A DNA stretch of 64,000 nt from Prochlorococcus sp. AG-402-N17 (GTDB lineage Bacteria; Cyanobacteriota; Cyanobacteriia; PCC-6307; Cyanobiaceae): assembly GCA_003216455.1 (NCBI GenBank), contig QCIV01000003.1, forward strand, positions 18,667 to 82,666, read 5' to 3'. Below the pieces are notes generated by a model that saw only the letters and a program-made list of their open reading frames with translations, searched no databases and was not told the origin of the DNA. Positions 62,002-64,000 of this stretch are shown here, piece by piece. The stretch's first letter is position 1; each line of letters starts with the position of its first letter. The position numbers and the translations under genes were made by a program.

Positions 62002-63429
62002 CTAATTAAATTTTTTTATTTTTTTAATAATTTTAGAACTACTAAATCCCTCTTTAAAAGTAATAGTTTTGACTTCTCCTCCATTTTTCAGAACATAATC
62101 TGAACCAACAATTTCACTTAATTCATAATCACCACCTTTTACTAAAATATCAGGACTTAATTCCTTAATTAAAGACTCTGGTGTAAGCTCATCAAAATAA
62201 ATAACCCAATCCACACACTTAAGAGAACTTATTACTTTAGATCTATCTATTAGATTATTAACTGGTCTATTATTTCCTTTTAATTTTTTTACTGAATCAT
62301 CAGAATTTATAGCAACAATTAATTTATCTCCCAATTTCTTAGCTTCTTTTAAATAATATGTATGACCACTATGTAAAATATCAAAACATCCATTTGTCAT
62401 TACAATCTTATTTCCAGCATTTTTTTCTTTTTTTATAATAATTTTTAATTGACTTAAACTTACAATTGGACAATTATCATAATTTTCGTTTTGCAAGAAT
62501 TCATTAATTTCTTCAACTGATACAGTTGCAGTGCCAAATTTATTAACTGCTTTTCCTGCTGCAATATTTGCTAAATATATTGAATCTTTAAAAGATAATC
62601 CAACAGCTAAACAAGCTGATGTAAAAGCAATTAATGTATCTCCAGCTCCAGTAACATCAAAGACATCCAAAGCTAAAGCTTTATAAGAAAAATATTCTCC
62701 ATTATTTTTTAATAGTGAAACTCCATTTTCACCCCTTGTTATTAATAAAGCATTTATAGACAAATCTTTGATTAGTTTTTCTGAGTTTAATCTTAATTCT
62801 TCTTCATTTGCACAATGGCCAACCATCATTTCAAACTCTCTTAAATTAGGTGTTATTAAATCTACACCGCTATATTTTTTGAAATCTTTTTGTTTTGGAT
62901 CAACAATAACTTTAATATTGGAATCTTTGCACAATAATATAAATTCTTGAATTGATTGCAAAGCGCCCTTATCATAATCAGAAAACAAAATGAGATCATA
63001 ATTTTTGTAAATCTTCTTAAATTCATAAAGTAAAGTTTCAGATTCTGAGTTAGTTATTTTTTTTTCTTTATCAATTCTCAATAGTTGCTGACTTTTACTT
63101 ACTAATCTTGTCTTAAGGATAGTTGAAAAGTTTTCTAATCTAATCAACCGATTATCAATTTTTTCCAACTCTAAAATTTTAATGATCTTACTCGACTCAG
63201 AATCGAAGCCTATGAAGCCCATCAAAGAGACATTACAACCAATATTAGATAAATTTAATGCAACATTAGCAGCTCCACCAAGCCGAATGTCCTCACTTAC
63301 GAGAGAAAAAACAGGTACGGGCGCTTCCGGAGATATTCGAGAAGTATCTCCATATATATATTTGTCTAGCATCACATCTCCAACAACAAGAATATTTGCT
63401 TTATTAAATTCTGGAAGATTCAGTTGCAT
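62002..63429 (-). CDS. hldE: Bifunctional heptose 7-phosphate kinase / heptose 1-phosphate adenylyltransferase
   Basis: VGDVMLD, RISPEAPVP, GGAANVA, DVTGAGDT; TNGCFDILHSGH, LVKGGDY. Confidence 0.95.
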   Translation of the reverse strand: MQLNLPEFNKANILVVGDVMLDKYIYGDTSRISPEAPVPVFSLVSEDIRLGGAANVALNLSNIGCNVSLMGFIGFDSESSKIIKILELEKIDNRLIRLENFSTILKTRLVSKSQQLLRIDKEKKITNSESETLLYEFKKIYKNYDLILFSDYDKGALQSIQEFILLCKDSNIKVIVDPKQKDFKKYSGVDLITPNLREFEMMVGHCANEEELRLNSEKLIKDLSINALLITRGENGVSLLKNNGEYFSYKALALDVFDVTGAGDTLIAFTSACLAVGLSFKDSIYLANIAAGKAVNKFGTATVSVEEINEFLQNENYDNCPIVSLSQLKIIIKKEKNAGNKIVMTNGCFDILHSGHTYYLKEAKKLGDKLIVAINSDDSVKKLKGNNRPVNNLIDRSKVISSLKCVDWVIYFDELTPESLIKELSPDILVKGGDYELSEIVGSDYVLKNGGEVKTITFKEGFSSSKIIKKIKKFN

Positions 63430-63501
63430 TGAATATTTTTAATAAACTTCATAACTACTTGTAAAAATATAACAAACTTGGAATGTATTTAAAAAACTTT
63501 T

Positions 63502-64000
63502 TTATAAATAATTATTTGCTTTTTTCAAAACCTCTTTAAATTCAATTAAATCTATACATGGAAATGGTTTATTTTTAGAATGTTTAATATAGCAATTCCA
63601 GTTACATTGAAAACAAAACATTTCATTTACCACAGATATTGGTCTCTTTTTATAGGAATCTAGTGGATATGGAGTAAATCTCCCATAATGTCCACCTCCA
63701 AGAATACAAATAGACTGAACATCTAAAGCTGTTGCAATATGAATTGCAGAAGTCTCATTGGAAATTAATAATTTTGATCTCCTTACTATCTCAGTAAATT
63801 CTGTAAGAGAAGTTTGCCCCACAAAATTTCTAATTCTTGAATTTTTTATTTTTGACTCTAATTTACTACATAAATTAATTTCGGACTTTGAGCCACAAAT
63901 TACAATTTCGCCACTAAATCTTTTTAATAGTTCTTTTATTAATTTTGCAAATTTTTCTACAGGCCACATTCTTTTATAATAAGAAGCCCCTGGGAAAATA
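63502..64000 (-). CDS. GT9 heptosyltransferase-family protein (5' part beyond the window)
   Basis: The frame is open to the edge (IFPGASYYKRMWP); GQTSL, ISNETSAIHIA, C-terminal CFQCNWNC...PC. Confidence 0.85.
   Translation of the reverse strand, partial: IFPGASYYKRMWPVEKFAKLIKELLKRFSGEIVICGSKSEINLCSKLESKIKNSRIRNFVGQTSLTEFTEIVRRSKLLISNETSAIHIATALDVQSICILGGGHYGRFTPYPLDSYKKRPISVVNEMFCFQCNWNCYIKHSKNKPFPCIDLIEFKEVLKKANNYL

Larger units (their letters stand above)
30886..64000. other. Cell-surface polysaccharide/LPS biosynthesis genomic island (continues beyond the window)
   Basis: Starts at the tRNA-Arg 3' end; visibly more AT-rich; more than 25 consecutive glycan synthesis/export genes; no integrase seen. 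Confidence 0.85.

Overview
A very AT-rich marine picocyanobacterial chromosome segment. Gene content and order (Pcb antenna, Som-type porin, futA-glyQ-isiB, rpmH-rnpA-yidC, pnp) point to high-light Prochlorococcus (inference). Bases 1-30.9 kb are mostly core genome. They begin with tRNA-Ser(CGA) and an iron-stress neighbourhood (futA, piuC-like 2OG-Fe oxygenase, a small secreted Cys peptide, porin, pcb, isiB), followed by housekeeping genes. After tRNA-Arg(TCT) at 30812-30885 a cell-surface polysaccharide/LPS island runs past the window end. It carries two ABC flippase-like exporters, Wzy/Wza/Wzc-like proteins, many glycosyltransferases, galE, ugd, manC, two gmd, fcl, rfbF, a radical SAM/SPASM enzyme, apt, mtnN, gmhB, hldE and a GT9. 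The best candidates for undescribed biology are: (i) a 15-bp long-range RNA stem covering the pcb start codon in an isiB-pcb read-through transcript; (ii) a piuC + secreted CX8CW peptide + porin cassette with matching GTATC-N4-GTTAC boxes; (iii) an RfbF + radical SAM sugar-tailoring module without rfbG, near an MtnN/Apt salvage pair; (iv) a GC-richer leader/sORF abutting tRNA-Arg. I also found a decayed manC remnant, an AEC transporter lacking a canonical start, and an unlisted 57-aa ORF ending in -YLAA. I saw no CRISPR, rRNA, integrase or transposase. All calls come from motif recognition, with no database search.
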